A stretch of 64,000 bases of DNA from the NCBI GenBank assembly GCA_036281075.1, contig DASUPO010000098.1:5082-69081 (forward strand), read 5' to 3'. A model generated the notes under the pieces. It saw only the letters and a list, made by a program, of their open reading frames with translations, ran no database searches and was not told the origin of the DNA. This document shows positions 44,770 to 54,248 of the stretch, in pieces; the first letter of the stretch is position 1, and each line of letters begins with the position of its first letter. Both the position numbers and the translations under genes were made by a program. The stretch is from Actinomycetota bacterium. GTDB lineage: Bacteria; Actinomycetota; UBA4738; HRBIN12.

Positions 44770-45255
44770 GTGGGACGCGCCCTCGTGCTCAACGCATCGG
44801 AATCACCCCTCGCGGTGGTGGCGGCCAGGCGGGCGGTCGTGATGGTGCTCAAGGAGAAGGCCGACGTCGTCATGAGCAACGGGATGGTGTTCCACTCGGC
44901 GCATCTGACGATCGAGGCGCCGTCGGTCGTGCGACTGCGGCGATACGTGCACGTGCCGTATCGCCCGCACGCACCGCTCACGCGACGCGCGGTCTTCGCC
45001 CGCGACCTCGGCACGTGTCAGTACTGTGGCGCCGCCGCGGAGAACCTCGATCACGTCGTCCCCCGATCGAGAGGCGGGCTGCACGTCTGGGAGAACGTCG
45101 TCGCGTCGTGTCGGAAGTGCAACGCGCGGAAGGAGGACCGTACGCCGCAGGAGGCGGGGTTCTCCCTGATCCGGCAGCCGTACGCGCCCCGCGACGGGTT
45201 CCACCTCACCCTCGGCCGGATCGAGCCCGGCTGGGAGCTGTACCTGGCGTCCTGA
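44770..45255 (+). CDS. HNH endonuclease-family protein
   Basis: GTG start. The zinc-finger/HNH core is CQYCG...LDHVVPRSRGG...WENVVASCRKCNARK. N-terminal pattern ALVLNASESPL. Confidence 0.7.
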   Translation: MGRALVLNASESPLAVVAARRAVVMVLKEKADVVMSNGMVFHSAHLTIEAPSVVRLRRYVHVPYRPHAPLTRRAVFARDLGTCQYCGAAAENLDHVVPRSRGGLHVWENVVASCRKCNARKEDRTPQEAGFSLIRQPYAPRDGFHLTLGRIEPGWELYLAS

Positions 45256-45324
45256 TCCCGGCACCTGCTGGCCCCGACCCACGTCCTCGATCACGCCCTC
45301 CCTCGAATTCGTCGCCCCTCCGTG

Positions 45325-45353
45325 TTGACGCGGTGGAGTGTTGGTGGCATAAA
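45325..45353 (+). promoter_or_regulatory. putative Pmra promoter (TTGACG-17-CATAAA) flanked by GTGG[GA] direct repeats resembling MraZ operator repeats
   Basis: Sequence gtGTTGACGcggtggagtgttggtggCATAAAcGTGGGGctcaGTGGAGG lies upstream of mraZ. Confidence 0.35.
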
Positions 45354-45387
45354 CGTGGGGCTCAGTGGAGGAGAGGGGAGGAAGGGC

Positions 45388-45813
45388 GTGGCCGAGCTCC
45401 TCGGCACGCACAGCTACTCGCTCGACCCCAAAGGCAGGGTGTCACTGCCCGCGAGGTTCCGTGAGGCCTTCGACGACGGCCTCTGGCTCACCGTGGGACA
45501 GGACCGCAGCCTGTACTGCTTCCCCAGGGCCGAGTGGGAGCGACGGAGCAGCGAGGTCGACGCCTTCGCCCTCTCCGACCGGGACGGCCGGGCGTTCGCC
45601 CGGCGGTTCTTCTCCTCCGCGGAGCAGGCCAAGCTCGACGGACAGGGCCGCGTGACGATCCCGCAGCGGCTGCGTGATGCGGTGGGGATCGGCAAGGAGG
45701 TCGTGGTGATCGGCGTGCGCGAGCGCATGGAGATCTGGGACCGCGTCGAGTTCGACCGATACGTGGAGGCGCATACCGCCGCCTACGAGAACGGGGACCT
45801 GGCGCCTCGCTGA
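45388..45813 (+). CDS. mraZ: transcriptional regulator MraZ
   Basis: LLGTHSYSLDPKGRVSLPARFR, the duplicated DUF-MraZ halves, and DGQGRVTIPQRLR. Confidence 0.85.
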   Translation: MAELLGTHSYSLDPKGRVSLPARFREAFDDGLWLTVGQDRSLYCFPRAEWERRSSEVDAFALSDRDGRAFARRFFSSAEQAKLDGQGRVTIPQRLRDAVGIGKEVVVIGVRERMEIWDRVEFDRYVEAHTAAYENGDLAPR

Positions 45814-45849
45814 CGCCTTCGGTTCCACGAGCCTGTGAGGGAGGACGTG

Positions 45850-45963
45850 ATGCAGACGAAGCTGTCGACCGAGGTTCGGCAGAGCCTCTCGCTGTTGGCG
45901 ATGACGGCGCTCACGCTGGTGGCCTCGATCGGCCTCGGCATCTGGGCGGGGCAGCTGGGGTGA
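45850..45963 (+). CDS. small hydrophobic ORF (37 aa) between mraZ and rsmH
   Basis: A strong RBS GAGGGAGGA sits 5 nt before ATG. MQTKLSTEVRQSLSLLAMTALTLVASIGLGIWAGQLG is a single TM helix. It ends 1 nt before the rsmH GTG. Confidence 0.35.
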   Translation: MQTKLSTEVRQSLSLLAMTALTLVASIGLGIWAGQLG

Positions 45964-45964
45964 C

Positions 45965-46834
45965 GTGGACGACGACGCGCCGCACGAGCCCGTCATGGTC
46001 GCCGAGGTGCTCGAGCACCTCGGTCGACCGGGCGTGGTGTTGGACATGACGCTGGGGGCCGGCGGACATGCCGCGGCGCTCCTCGACGCGGGGGTCGACC
46101 GCGTGATCGGCGTCGACCGCGACCGGGACGCGATCCGGGTCGCGACCGAGCGCCTCGCCAGGTATGGCGACCGCTTCACGGCGGTGCATCGACGCTTCTC
46201 CCAGGTCGGAGAGGCCGAAGCCACGGGGCCGCTGCACGGGGTCCTCTTCGACCTGGGAGTGTCGTCGATGCAGCTCGACGAGTCCGCCCGTGGCTTCGGC
46301 TACCGCGTGGACGGGCCGCTGGACATGCGGATGGGGGACGACGAGGTCACCGCCGCTGACCTCGTGAACGACCTTCCCGAGAACGAGCTGGCGGACCTGC
46401 TCTTCGAGTTCGGCGGAGAGCGTCGCTCGCGTCGGATCGCCGCGGCGATCGGACGCGAGCGCGACCGGTCGCGGATCGAGACCACCGACCAGCTGGCCGG
46501 TGTGGTCGCGAGCGCCGTGGGACGACGTCCGGGGGGCCCCCACCCCGCGCGTCGGACGTTCCAGGCGCTCCGCATCGCGGTCAACCGGGAGCTCGAGGAG
46601 CTCGCCACCTCCCTGCCTCGGGCGGTCCGGCTCCTCGGCCCCGGTGGCCGCGTGGTCGTGCTGTCGTATCACTCGCTCGAGGACGGCATCGTCAAGCGCG
46701 CGTTCCGCGACGACGATCGCCTCCAGGTGCTCACGAAGAAGCCCCTCCGGCCGACGCCGGAGGAGGCGGCCCGCAACCCCCGCGCCCGCAGCGCGAAGCT
46801 CCGGGCGGCCGAGCGGCTGGTGGAGGCGGCATGA
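45965..46834 (+). CDS. rsmH: 16S rRNA (cytosine1402-N4)-methyltransferase
   Basis: HEPVMVAEVLEHL...DMTLGAGGHA...GVDRD and ...LSYHSLEDGIVK match RsmH/MraW motifs. Confidence 0.9.
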   Translation: MDDDAPHEPVMVAEVLEHLGRPGVVLDMTLGAGGHAAALLDAGVDRVIGVDRDRDAIRVATERLARYGDRFTAVHRRFSQVGEAEATGPLHGVLFDLGVSSMQLDESARGFGYRVDGPLDMRMGDDEVTAADLVNDLPENELADLLFEFGGERRSRRIAAAIGRERDRSRIETTDQLAGVVASAVGRRPGGPHPARRTFQALRIAVNRELEELATSLPRAVRLLGPGGRVVVLSYHSLEDGIVKRAFRDDDRLQVLTKKPLRPTPEEAARNPRARSAKLRAAERLVEAA

Positions 46835-47253
46835 GCCTCCCGGCGCGCGAGGCCGAGCGGTGGGCGCCCGTCCCGTCGCCGTCCCGTCGTGCGGTCACCC
46901 CCGCACGCCCGCCCGCGGCGCGTCCGCCGGTCCCCAGCCCTCCCCATCCCCACCGGCGGACGCGTCGCGGGCACCTCTCCGCCTTCTCGCTGCTGACCGC
47001 GGCGATCGTCTCGGCGCTCGTCGTCGGTCTCGTCTCCCTGAACGCGATGCGGGTCGACGCCGCCTATCGCACGCGCTCGGTGGCCGAGCGCGTGCGCCTG
47101 CTCGCCGACGAGCGCCGGATCCTCGTGAACGACGTGGCGCGGCTGTCGTCGCCCTCTCGGATCGGGACCTGGGCTCGCCGCACGGGACTCGTCCCCCCGG
47201 CGCCCGGGGACGTCGTGATCCTGCAGATCCCATCGGCCGAGACGTCGGGGTGA
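46831..47253 (+). CDS. ftsL: cell-division protein FtsL-like (septum formation initiator)
   Basis: By position between rsmH and ftsI. It has a single TM (LLTAAIVSALVVGLVSL) followed by a coiled-coil-like stretch. Sequence conservation is weak, as is usual for FtsL. Confidence 0.55.
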   Translation: MSLPAREAERWAPVPSPSRRAVTPARPPAARPPVPSPPHPHRRTRRGHLSAFSLLTAAIVSALVVGLVSLNAMRVDAAYRTRSVAERVRLLADERRILVNDVARLSSPSRIGTWARRTGLVPPAPGDVVILQIPSAETSG

Positions 47254-47257
47254 CCGC

Positions 47258-48964
47258 GTGAGGCGACCGCCGGCGGGCCGTCTCGTCGCCCTGCTGTGCG
47301 TGATGGCCCTGGCGCTCGTCGCGGTGGTCGCCCGGCTCGCGGTGCTGCAGGTCCGCGACCATCGGGACCTGGCGGCGGCGGGACTCGCCCAGCGCGTGCG
47401 GCCGAGCGACCTGCCGGCCGAGCGCGGGGCGATCGTGGACCGAACGGGCGCGCCGCTCGCGATCACGCTCGAGGCGCGTGACGTCTACGCGGATCCGCGG
47501 TACGTCACCGATCCCGTCGGCGAGGCGGCGAAGATCGCCCGGGTGCTCGACCTGCGCCCTCGGGAGGTCGAGCGGAAGCTCCGCACCGCGGACGCCACCT
47601 TCGTGTACCTGGGCCGCCAGATCGACGTCGCCGTCGCCGAACGGCTCGAGACGATGGCGCTGCCGGGGATCGGGTTCCTGGACGTGCCGAAGCGGTACTA
47701 CCCGGCGGGACCCCTCGCCCCGCAGGTGCTGGGGTTCGTGGGCGTGGACGCCACGGGACTCGCGGGCCTCGAGTTCGAGTACGAGGATGCCCTCGCGGGC
47801 ACGCCCGGCACGCGAACCGTGGAGCTCGACGGCGACGGGCTTCCGATCGCGAACGGGCTCGAGGTGGTGGAGCCCGCGATCGCCGGCAGGACGCTCGTGA
47901 CGACGCTCGACCGCGAGGTCCAGTACCTCGCCCAGGAGGCGCTCCGCCGCGCGGTGCGGGAGAACCGCGCCAAGGGCGGCACGGTCGTCGTGATGGACGC
48001 GCGATCCGGCGACGTCTACGCAATGGCGAGCTTCCCCTGGTTCGACCCGAACGACTTCGAGCACGCGGATCGGAACGCCACCCGCAACCGCGCGGTCACC
48101 GACATGTTCGAACCGGGCTCGGTCAACAAGATCGTGACGGCGGCGGCGGCGCTCGAGAGCGGGGCCGTCGGGCCGTGGGAGCGCTTCCTCGTCCCCTGGT
48201 GGATGCGGGTCGGCGGCTACACCGTGAACGACTCGCACCAGCACCCGGTCCAGACGATGACCCTGGGCGACATCGTCGCCCACTCGAGCAACATCGGGTC
48301 GGCGATGGTGGCCGAGCGCGTCGGGAGCCCGACGCTCGCGTCGGTCCTCGCTCGGTTCGGCTACGGCAGTCCCACGGGCGTCGGGTTCCCGGGCGAGGCG
48401 GGCGGTGTCGTGCCGCCGCTGCTCGACTGGACCGACATCACGCGGACCACCGTCGCCTACGGTCAGGGGATCTCGATGACGCCGCTCCAGATGGCCGCGG
48501 TGTACGCGACGGTGGCGAACGGTGGGACGTGGGTGCAACCTCGGCTCGTGCGAGGGACCGCCGGCCCGGCTGGCGACCTGGAGGAGGCGCCGGGGCCGCC
48601 ACCCCGTCGGATCCTCTCGAAGGAGACCGCATCGATGCTCACGAGGATGCTCGCGTCGGTCGTGGAGACCGGGACCGGCGAGGCCGCGCAGATTCCCGGG
48701 TACCAGGTGGCCGGCAAGACGGGGACCGCCCGCAAGCTCGTCGACGGACGGTACGTGCGGCGGTACATGGCGTCGTTCGCCGGGTACCTCCCCGCGTCCG
48801 ACCCCCGCGTCGTGATCGTCGTGTCGATCGACGAACCGAGCACGATGTACGGGGGGGTCGCCGCCGCTCCGGTGTTCTCCGAGATCGCTCGGCACGTGAT
48901 CCAGCGGCTCGCGATCCCGGCGGCCCCACCGGTGCGGCCCCCGCCGCTCGCGACCGAGCTCTGA
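47258..48964 (+). CDS. ftsI: peptidoglycan D,D-transpeptidase FtsI (class B PBP)
   Basis: PBP dimerisation domain plus the transpeptidase motifs SVNK (SxxK), SSN and KTGTA. Confidence 0.9.
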   Translation: MRRPPAGRLVALLCVMALALVAVVARLAVLQVRDHRDLAAAGLAQRVRPSDLPAERGAIVDRTGAPLAITLEARDVYADPRYVTDPVGEAAKIARVLDLRPREVERKLRTADATFVYLGRQIDVAVAERLETMALPGIGFLDVPKRYYPAGPLAPQVLGFVGVDATGLAGLEFEYEDALAGTPGTRTVELDGDGLPIANGLEVVEPAIAGRTLVTTLDREVQYLAQEALRRAVRENRAKGGTVVVMDARSGDVYAMASFPWFDPNDFEHADRNATRNRAVTDMFEPGSVNKIVTAAAALESGAVGPWERFLVPWWMRVGGYTVNDSHQHPVQTMTLGDIVAHSSNIGSAMVAERVGSPTLASVLARFGYGSPTGVGFPGEAGGVVPPLLDWTDITRTTVAYGQGISMTPLQMAAVYATVANGGTWVQPRLVRGTAGPAGDLEEAPGPPPRRILSKETASMLTRMLASVVETGTGEAAQIPGYQVAGKTGTARKLVDGRYVRRYMASFAGYLPASDPRVVIVVSIDEPSTMYGGVAAAPVFSEIARHVIQRLAIPAAPPVRPPPLATEL

Positions 48965-49019
48965 CGGGCGACCCGCGCCTCCCGAGGACGGCGGTCGGTC
49001 GCCGGTACCCTTCGGCCAG

Positions 49020-50480
49020 GTGAGCGAACTTCCCCACGTGCCGCTGTCCGCGGCGGCCGCCGCCGTGCCCGGGTCGGAGGTGCGCGGTGACCGCCACGTG
49101 GCGATCCGCGAGGTCGCGTACGACTCGCGTGACGTTCCGCCGGGCTCGCTGTTCTTCTGCGTCACGGGCGCGACCGAGGACGGCCACCGCTTCGCGGCGC
49201 CGGCGGTCCGATCGGGCGCCGTCGCGGTCGTCGTCGAACGCTGGCTCGACCTCGACGTCCCGCAGCTCCGCGTGCCGTCCGTGCGTCGTTCGATGGGCCC
49301 CGTGTCGTCGGTCGTCTTCGGCGAACCGGCGCGGTCGATGACGACGATCGGCGTCACCGGCACGAACGGGAAGACGACCGTGGTGCACCTGCTCGACGCG
49401 GCGTTCCGCGCGGCCGGGCGCACGACGGGCGCGATCGGCACCGTGGGCGCCCGCGTCGCGGGCGCGCCGGTGCCGATCGCGCGCACGACCCCGGAGGCGC
49501 CGGACCTCCAGCGGCTCCTCGCCAGGATGCGCTCGGCCGGCGTCACCGTCGTCGCGATGGAGGTGTCCTCGCACGCGCTCGACCAGGAGCGGGTCGCCGG
49601 GCTCCGCTTCGACGCCGCGGTGTTCACGAACCTGTCGCAGGATCACCTCGATCACCACGGCTCGATGGAGGCCTACTTCGCGGCGAAGGCGTCCCTGTTC
49701 GATCGGGACCGGGCGCGACACGCCGTGCTGAACCTCGACGACGAGGGGGGACGCCGCCTGCTCCAGGTGCCCGTGCCGGTCACGACGTACGGGCTGGATC
49801 CGGCCGCCGACGTGCGGGCCGTCGACGTCCGAGCGGGCCCGGACGGCGTCGCCTTCCGCGTGGACGGTCGGGAGGTGACGAGCCCGCTCCGTGGCGCGTT
49901 CAACGTCTCGAACTGCCTCGCGGCGATGGCGGTCGCGGACCGATCGGGCGTGGACCGAGCGACGACGATCGATGCCCTGGCGGACCCCGGCAGCGTGCCG
50001 GGACGGATGGAGCCGGTCGACGCCGGGCAGAGATTCCTCGTGGTGGTGGATTACGCGCACACGCCGGATAGCATCCGCACAGTGCTAGCGGCGGCACGCC
50101 CGTTGACGACGGGCCGGGTCATCGTCGTCTTCGGTTGCGGTGGTGACCGCGACCGCGTGAAGCGGTTCCCGATGGGCGCCGCGGCGACGGAGGGAGCTGA
50201 TCTCACGGTCATCACCACCGACAACCCACGCTCCGAGGACCCCTCCGTGATCATCGCTGAGGTCGAGCGGGGCGCGGCGTCGACCGGCGGGCGCTACGTC
50301 GTCGAGCCGGATCGTCGGACGGCGATCCGGCTCGCCGTGGCGGAGGCCGGTCCCGGCGACGTCGTGGTGATCGCGGGCAAGGGCCACGAGACGGAGCAGG
50401 AGCTCGGCGGCCGCGTGGTCCCCTTCGACGACCGCGTCGTGGCGCGCGAGGAGCTCGAGGCGATCGGAGCGCGGGGGTGA
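49020..50480 (+). CDS. murE: UDP-N-acetylmuramoyl-L-alanyl-D-glutamate--2,6-diaminopimelate ligase
   Basis: Mur ligase motif GVTGTNGKTT and the C-terminal DNPR motif (TTDNPRSEDP) typical of MurE. Confidence 0.9.
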   Translation: MSELPHVPLSAAAAAVPGSEVRGDRHVAIREVAYDSRDVPPGSLFFCVTGATEDGHRFAAPAVRSGAVAVVVERWLDLDVPQLRVPSVRRSMGPVSSVVFGEPARSMTTIGVTGTNGKTTVVHLLDAAFRAAGRTTGAIGTVGARVAGAPVPIARTTPEAPDLQRLLARMRSAGVTVVAMEVSSHALDQERVAGLRFDAAVFTNLSQDHLDHHGSMEAYFAAKASLFDRDRARHAVLNLDDEGGRRLLQVPVPVTTYGLDPAADVRAVDVRAGPDGVAFRVDGREVTSPLRGAFNVSNCLAAMAVADRSGVDRATTIDALADPGSVPGRMEPVDAGQRFLVVVDYAHTPDSIRTVLAAARPLTTGRVIVVFGCGGDRDRVKRFPMGAAATEGADLTVITTDNPRSEDPSVIIAEVERGAASTGGRYVVEPDRRTAIRLAVAEAGPGDVVVIAGKGHETEQELGGRVVPFDDRVVAREELEAIGARG

Positions 50481-51838
50481 GGACGAGGACCCTCTCGGCC
50501 GTGGCACGCGCGGTGGAGGGCTCGCTCGTCGGCGACGACGCGGAGGTCCGCGCCGTCGCGACGGACTCGCGCGACGTCGCCGAGGGGTCGCTGTTCGTCG
50601 CACTCGTGGGGGAGCGCGCGGACGGCCATCGGTTCGTCGCGGAGGCGTTCGGTCGCGGTGCGGCCGGCGCGATCGTCGCCGAGCCCCAGGGGGCGCTCGG
50701 ACCGACGATCCAGGTCGGGTCGACGTCCGAGGCGCTGATGCGGCTCGCCGCGGACGAGCGGGCGTCGATGCCCGCCACGGTGGTCGGGATCACGGGCGCG
50801 AACGGCAAGACCTCGACGAAGGACCTCGCCCACGCGGTCCTCGCGACGCGACACCGGGTCCACGCGAGCCCCGGCTCGTTCAACAACGAGGTCGGGCTCC
50901 CGATGACGATCCTCGGCGCGCCGGGCGACACCGAGGTCGTCGTCGCCGAGATGGGCGCGCGCCGGCTCGGCGACGTCAAGCTCCTCTCGGGTATCGCGCG
51001 CCCCGACGTCGTCGTCGTGACGAACGTCGGCGTCGCGCACATGGAGATCTTCGGATCGTGGGCGTCGATCGTCGAGGCCTCGGCCGAGCCGATCGACGCG
51101 CTCACCCCGACGGGCGTCGCGATCCTGAACGCGGACGATCCGGTCGTCGTCGGCTACGCCGCCCGGGCGCCCTGTCGCGTGGTGACGTTCGGGACGCGCA
51201 CCGAGGCGGACGTCCGCGCCGAGGACGTGGCGCTGGACCGGGACGGCCGCGCGACGTTCCGCCTCGTCGCGGCGCACACGGACGTGATCGTGTCCCTCGG
51301 GGTGCCGGGGGAGCACATGGTCTCGAACGCGCTGGCGGCCGTCGCCGTCGGCCTCGAGCTGGGCGTCGATCCGATCGCCGGTGCCGCGGCGCTCGCGGGA
51401 GCCCGCGTGTCGCGATGGCGGATGGAGACGTTCACGACGACGGACGGGGTGCGCGTCCTGAACGACGCGTACAACGCGAACCCCGAGTCGACGGCGGCGG
51501 CGTTGCGGACCGCCCGGTGGGTCGCGGGCGGCGGCCGGCTCATCGCGGTGCTGGGGGAGATGGCGGAGCTCGGGCCGATCGCCGCGGAGGAGCACGACCG
51601 CGTGGGGACGCTCGCGGCCCGCGTTCGGGTCGATCGCCTCGTGACGGTCGGGGACACGGCCCGCGCGATCGCGCGGGCAGCGATCCGCGAGGGGATGGAT
51701 CCGCACGACGTCGTGAGCTACGACTCGGCGGAGGAGGCCTCCGCCGATGTCCGTGGCACCGGCCGCCCGGGTGATCTCGTGTTGTGCAAAGGATCCCGCG
51801 TAGCCGGCCTCGAGGCCGTGGCGGAGGCGCTCCGGTGA
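50477..51838 (+). CDS. murF: UDP-N-acetylmuramoyl-tripeptide--D-alanyl-D-alanine ligase
   Basis: GITGANGKTSTK, the Mur ligase middle and C domains, and position in the cluster. Confidence 0.9.
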   Translation: MRTRTLSAVARAVEGSLVGDDAEVRAVATDSRDVAEGSLFVALVGERADGHRFVAEAFGRGAAGAIVAEPQGALGPTIQVGSTSEALMRLAADERASMPATVVGITGANGKTSTKDLAHAVLATRHRVHASPGSFNNEVGLPMTILGAPGDTEVVVAEMGARRLGDVKLLSGIARPDVVVVTNVGVAHMEIFGSWASIVEASAEPIDALTPTGVAILNADDPVVVGYAARAPCRVVTFGTRTEADVRAEDVALDRDGRATFRLVAAHTDVIVSLGVPGEHMVSNALAAVAVGLELGVDPIAGAAALAGARVSRWRMETFTTTDGVRVLNDAYNANPESTAAALRTARWVAGGGRLIAVLGEMAELGPIAAEEHDRVGTLAARVRVDRLVTVGDTARAIARAAIREGMDPHDVVSYDSAEEASADVRGTGRPGDLVLCKGSRVAGLEAVAEALR

Positions 51839-52902
51839 TCTGGATCCTGGTGGCGGGCGCCGTGGGACTGGGTTTCACCCTGCTCGTGACGCCGTTGGCG
51901 ATCCGGATCTTCCGCGTGGTCGGGTGGGGGCAACGGATCCGTGAGGACGGTCCCCACACCCACTTCGAGAAGGTCGGCACGCCCACGATGGGTGGAATCG
52001 TGATGCTCGGGGGCATGAGCGTCGCGTACCTCGCGACCCGCTTCCGGTTCAGCGACGGGTTCGTGTTCACCCCGACGGGCGCGGCGTTGATCCTGTCGGC
52101 CGTGGGGTTCGGCGTGGTCGGGTTCGTCGACGACTACCTCAAGGTGCGGCGCCGACGCTCCCTGGGTCTCGGCAAGATGCAGAAGTTCCTCGGCACCGCC
52201 CTGGTGGCGGTCGTGTTCGCGATCGTCGTCGTCGCCACGTCGGACCAGAGCGGGACGGCGACGAGCCTGTCGTTCGTCCGGCCGACGCCGCTCGAGCTCG
52301 GGATCTTCTTCTACGTCTGGGTCTTCATCGTGCTGAACGCGTCGGCGCACTCGGTGAACCTCACGGACGGTCTCGACGGGCTGGCCGCCGGTTCGTCGAT
52401 CCTCGTGCTCGCGGGGTTCCTCTTCGTGGCCTTCTGGGAGTTCCGGCACACGTGCGAGCTGCGAGAGCTGCCGGCCTGCTACGGCGTCGACACCCGCGCG
52501 ATGCAGGACACGGCGATCATCGCGGCCTCGATGATGGGCGCCGCCACGGGGTTCCTGTGGTGGAACGCCGCCCCGGCCCGGATCTTCATGGGCGACACGG
52601 GCGCGCTCGCGATCGGCGGCCTGCTCGGCGCGCTCGCGATCACGACGAACACCCAGATGTTGCTGATCATCCTCGGCGGCCTGTACGTGATCGAGACGAT
52701 GTCGGTGATCATCCAGGTGATCTCGTTCCGAGGGTTCGGTCGTCGTCTGTTCCGGATGTCCCCGATCCACCACCACTTCGAGCTCGGCGGCTGGCCCGAG
52801 GACACGGTCATCGTCCGGTTCTGGATCATCGCCGGCTTGTGCGTGGCGGTCGGCCTCGGCGTCTTCTACGCGGACTTCATCGCCCGCGGGGGTCTCGGGT
52901 GA
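51835..52902 (+). CDS. mraY: phospho-N-acetylmuramoyl-pentapeptide-transferase
   Basis: GTG start overlaps the murF stop. PTMGG, NLTDGLDGLAAG, GDTGALAIGG and HHHFEL motifs. Confidence 0.9.
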   Translation: MIWILVAGAVGLGFTLLVTPLAIRIFRVVGWGQRIREDGPHTHFEKVGTPTMGGIVMLGGMSVAYLATRFRFSDGFVFTPTGAALILSAVGFGVVGFVDDYLKVRRRRSLGLGKMQKFLGTALVAVVFAIVVVATSDQSGTATSLSFVRPTPLELGIFFYVWVFIVLNASAHSVNLTDGLDGLAAGSSILVLAGFLFVAFWEFRHTCELRELPACYGVDTRAMQDTAIIAASMMGAATGFLWWNAAPARIFMGDTGALAIGGLLGALAITTNTQMLLIILGGLYVIETMSVIIQVISFRGFGRRLFRMSPIHHHFELGGWPEDTVIVRFWIIAGLCVAVGLGVFYADFIARGGLG

Positions 52903-54248
52903 GCGGCCGCTTCGAGGGGACGCAGGCGCTCGTCGTCGGGGCGGGGGTCGCCGGCGTCGGCGCGGCCCGTGCTCTCGTCGCGGAGGGTGCCCACGTGCTC
53001 GTGTCCGAGATCCGCCCGGAGGCCGAGGTGCCGTCGGCCGCCGACCTGCGAGCGGCGCGGATCGAGCTGCGGACCGGCGGGCACGATCCCGGCGACCTGG
53101 ACGGCGTGGACCTCGTCGTCGTCGGACCGGGGGTCCCGCCGGCCGCGGACGTGATCCGGTGGGCAGGGGAACGCGGCGTACTGATCTGGGGGGAGATGGA
53201 GCTGGGGGCCCGTCTCGCGCACGTGCCGTACGTCGCGATCACCGGGACGAACGGGAAGACGACCGTGACGTCGATGGTCGAAGCGTGCCTCAGGGTCGCC
53301 GGCGTCGACGCCGTCGCCTGCGGCAACATCGGCCGGTCCTTCCCGGAGGCCGCGCGGGAGGACCGCGAGGCCCTCGTCGTGGAGGTCTCGAGCTTCCAGC
53401 TCGTGACCCAGTCGTCCCTGCACCCGAGGGTCTCGGCGCTGTTGAACGTCGCGCCCGACCATCTCGACTGGCACGGGACGTTCGAGGACTACGCGGCCGC
53501 AAAGGCTCGGATCCATTCCCGGCAGACCGGCACCGACGTCCACGTGGGGAACCGAGACGACCCGGTCGCGGCCTCGATCTCCGGCCAGGCGGACTGCGCC
53601 GTCCGGTGGTTCCGGACCGGTGTGCCGGGCGCGGGGGAGGTCGGGTTCGACGGCGGGGAGCTCGTCGCGCGCCTGGACGTCGAGCACCGGCTGGGTCGGA
53701 TCGAAGAACGGGGGAGCGGGTTCCGCGCGGACGCGGCCGCGGCGGCGGCCGTCGCGCTCTCGTTCGGGGTCGAGGCCGCCGCCGCCGCGGCCGCGCTCGC
53801 CGGGTTCCGGCCTGGCGCGCACCGCGGGGAGGTGGTCGCGACCGTGGGCGGGGTCCGGTTCGTCGACGACTCGAAGGCGACCAACGTCCACGCGACCGCG
53901 GCCGCGATCGAGGCCGCCGGCGACGCGGTGCTGATCGCCGGCGGACGCGCGAAGGGCGCCGACCTCACGCCCCTGCGCGACCACGCCGCGTCCCTGCGCG
54001 CCGTGGTCGCGATCGGAGAGGCGGCCCGCGAGGTCGTGGCCGTGTTCGAGGGCGCGGTCCCGACCTCGATCGCCGGCTCGATCGAGGACGCGGTGCGCGA
54101 CGCGTACGCGGTGGCCCGACCCGGCGACGCCGTGCTGCTGGCCCCCGCCTGCGCGAGCTGGGACCAATTCAGCGGGTACGCCGAACGAGGCGACCGCTTC
54201 GCGGCGGCCGCCCGCTCGCTCCGCGAGGAGGTGGCCGCGCGTGGCTGA
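52899..54248 (+). CDS. murD: UDP-N-acetylmuramoylalanine--D-glutamate ligase
   Basis: GTG start overlaps the mraY stop. ITGTNGKTTVTSM and the Rossmann N-domain ALVVGAGVAGVGAA. Confidence 0.9.
   Translation: MSGRFEGTQALVVGAGVAGVGAARALVAEGAHVLVSEIRPEAEVPSAADLRAARIELRTGGHDPGDLDGVDLVVVGPGVPPAADVIRWAGERGVLIWGEMELGARLAHVPYVAITGTNGKTTVTSMVEACLRVAGVDAVACGNIGRSFPEAAREDREALVVEVSSFQLVTQSSLHPRVSALLNVAPDHLDWHGTFEDYAAAKARIHSRQTGTDVHVGNRDDPVAASISGQADCAVRWFRTGVPGAGEVGFDGGELVARLDVEHRLGRIEERGSGFRADAAAAAAVALSFGVEAAAAAAALAGFRPGAHRGEVVATVGGVRFVDDSKATNVHATAAAIEAAGDAVLIAGGRAKGADLTPLRDHAASLRAVVAIGEAAREVVAVFEGAVPTSIAGSIEDAVRDAYAVARPGDAVLLAPACASWDQFSGYAERGDRFAAAARSLREEVAARG

Noticed and set aside
46895-49627. 910-aa ORF antisense to ftsL/ftsI/murE
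   Set aside because: Arg/Pro-rich. Sense-strand genes carry PBP and Mur-ligase motifs.
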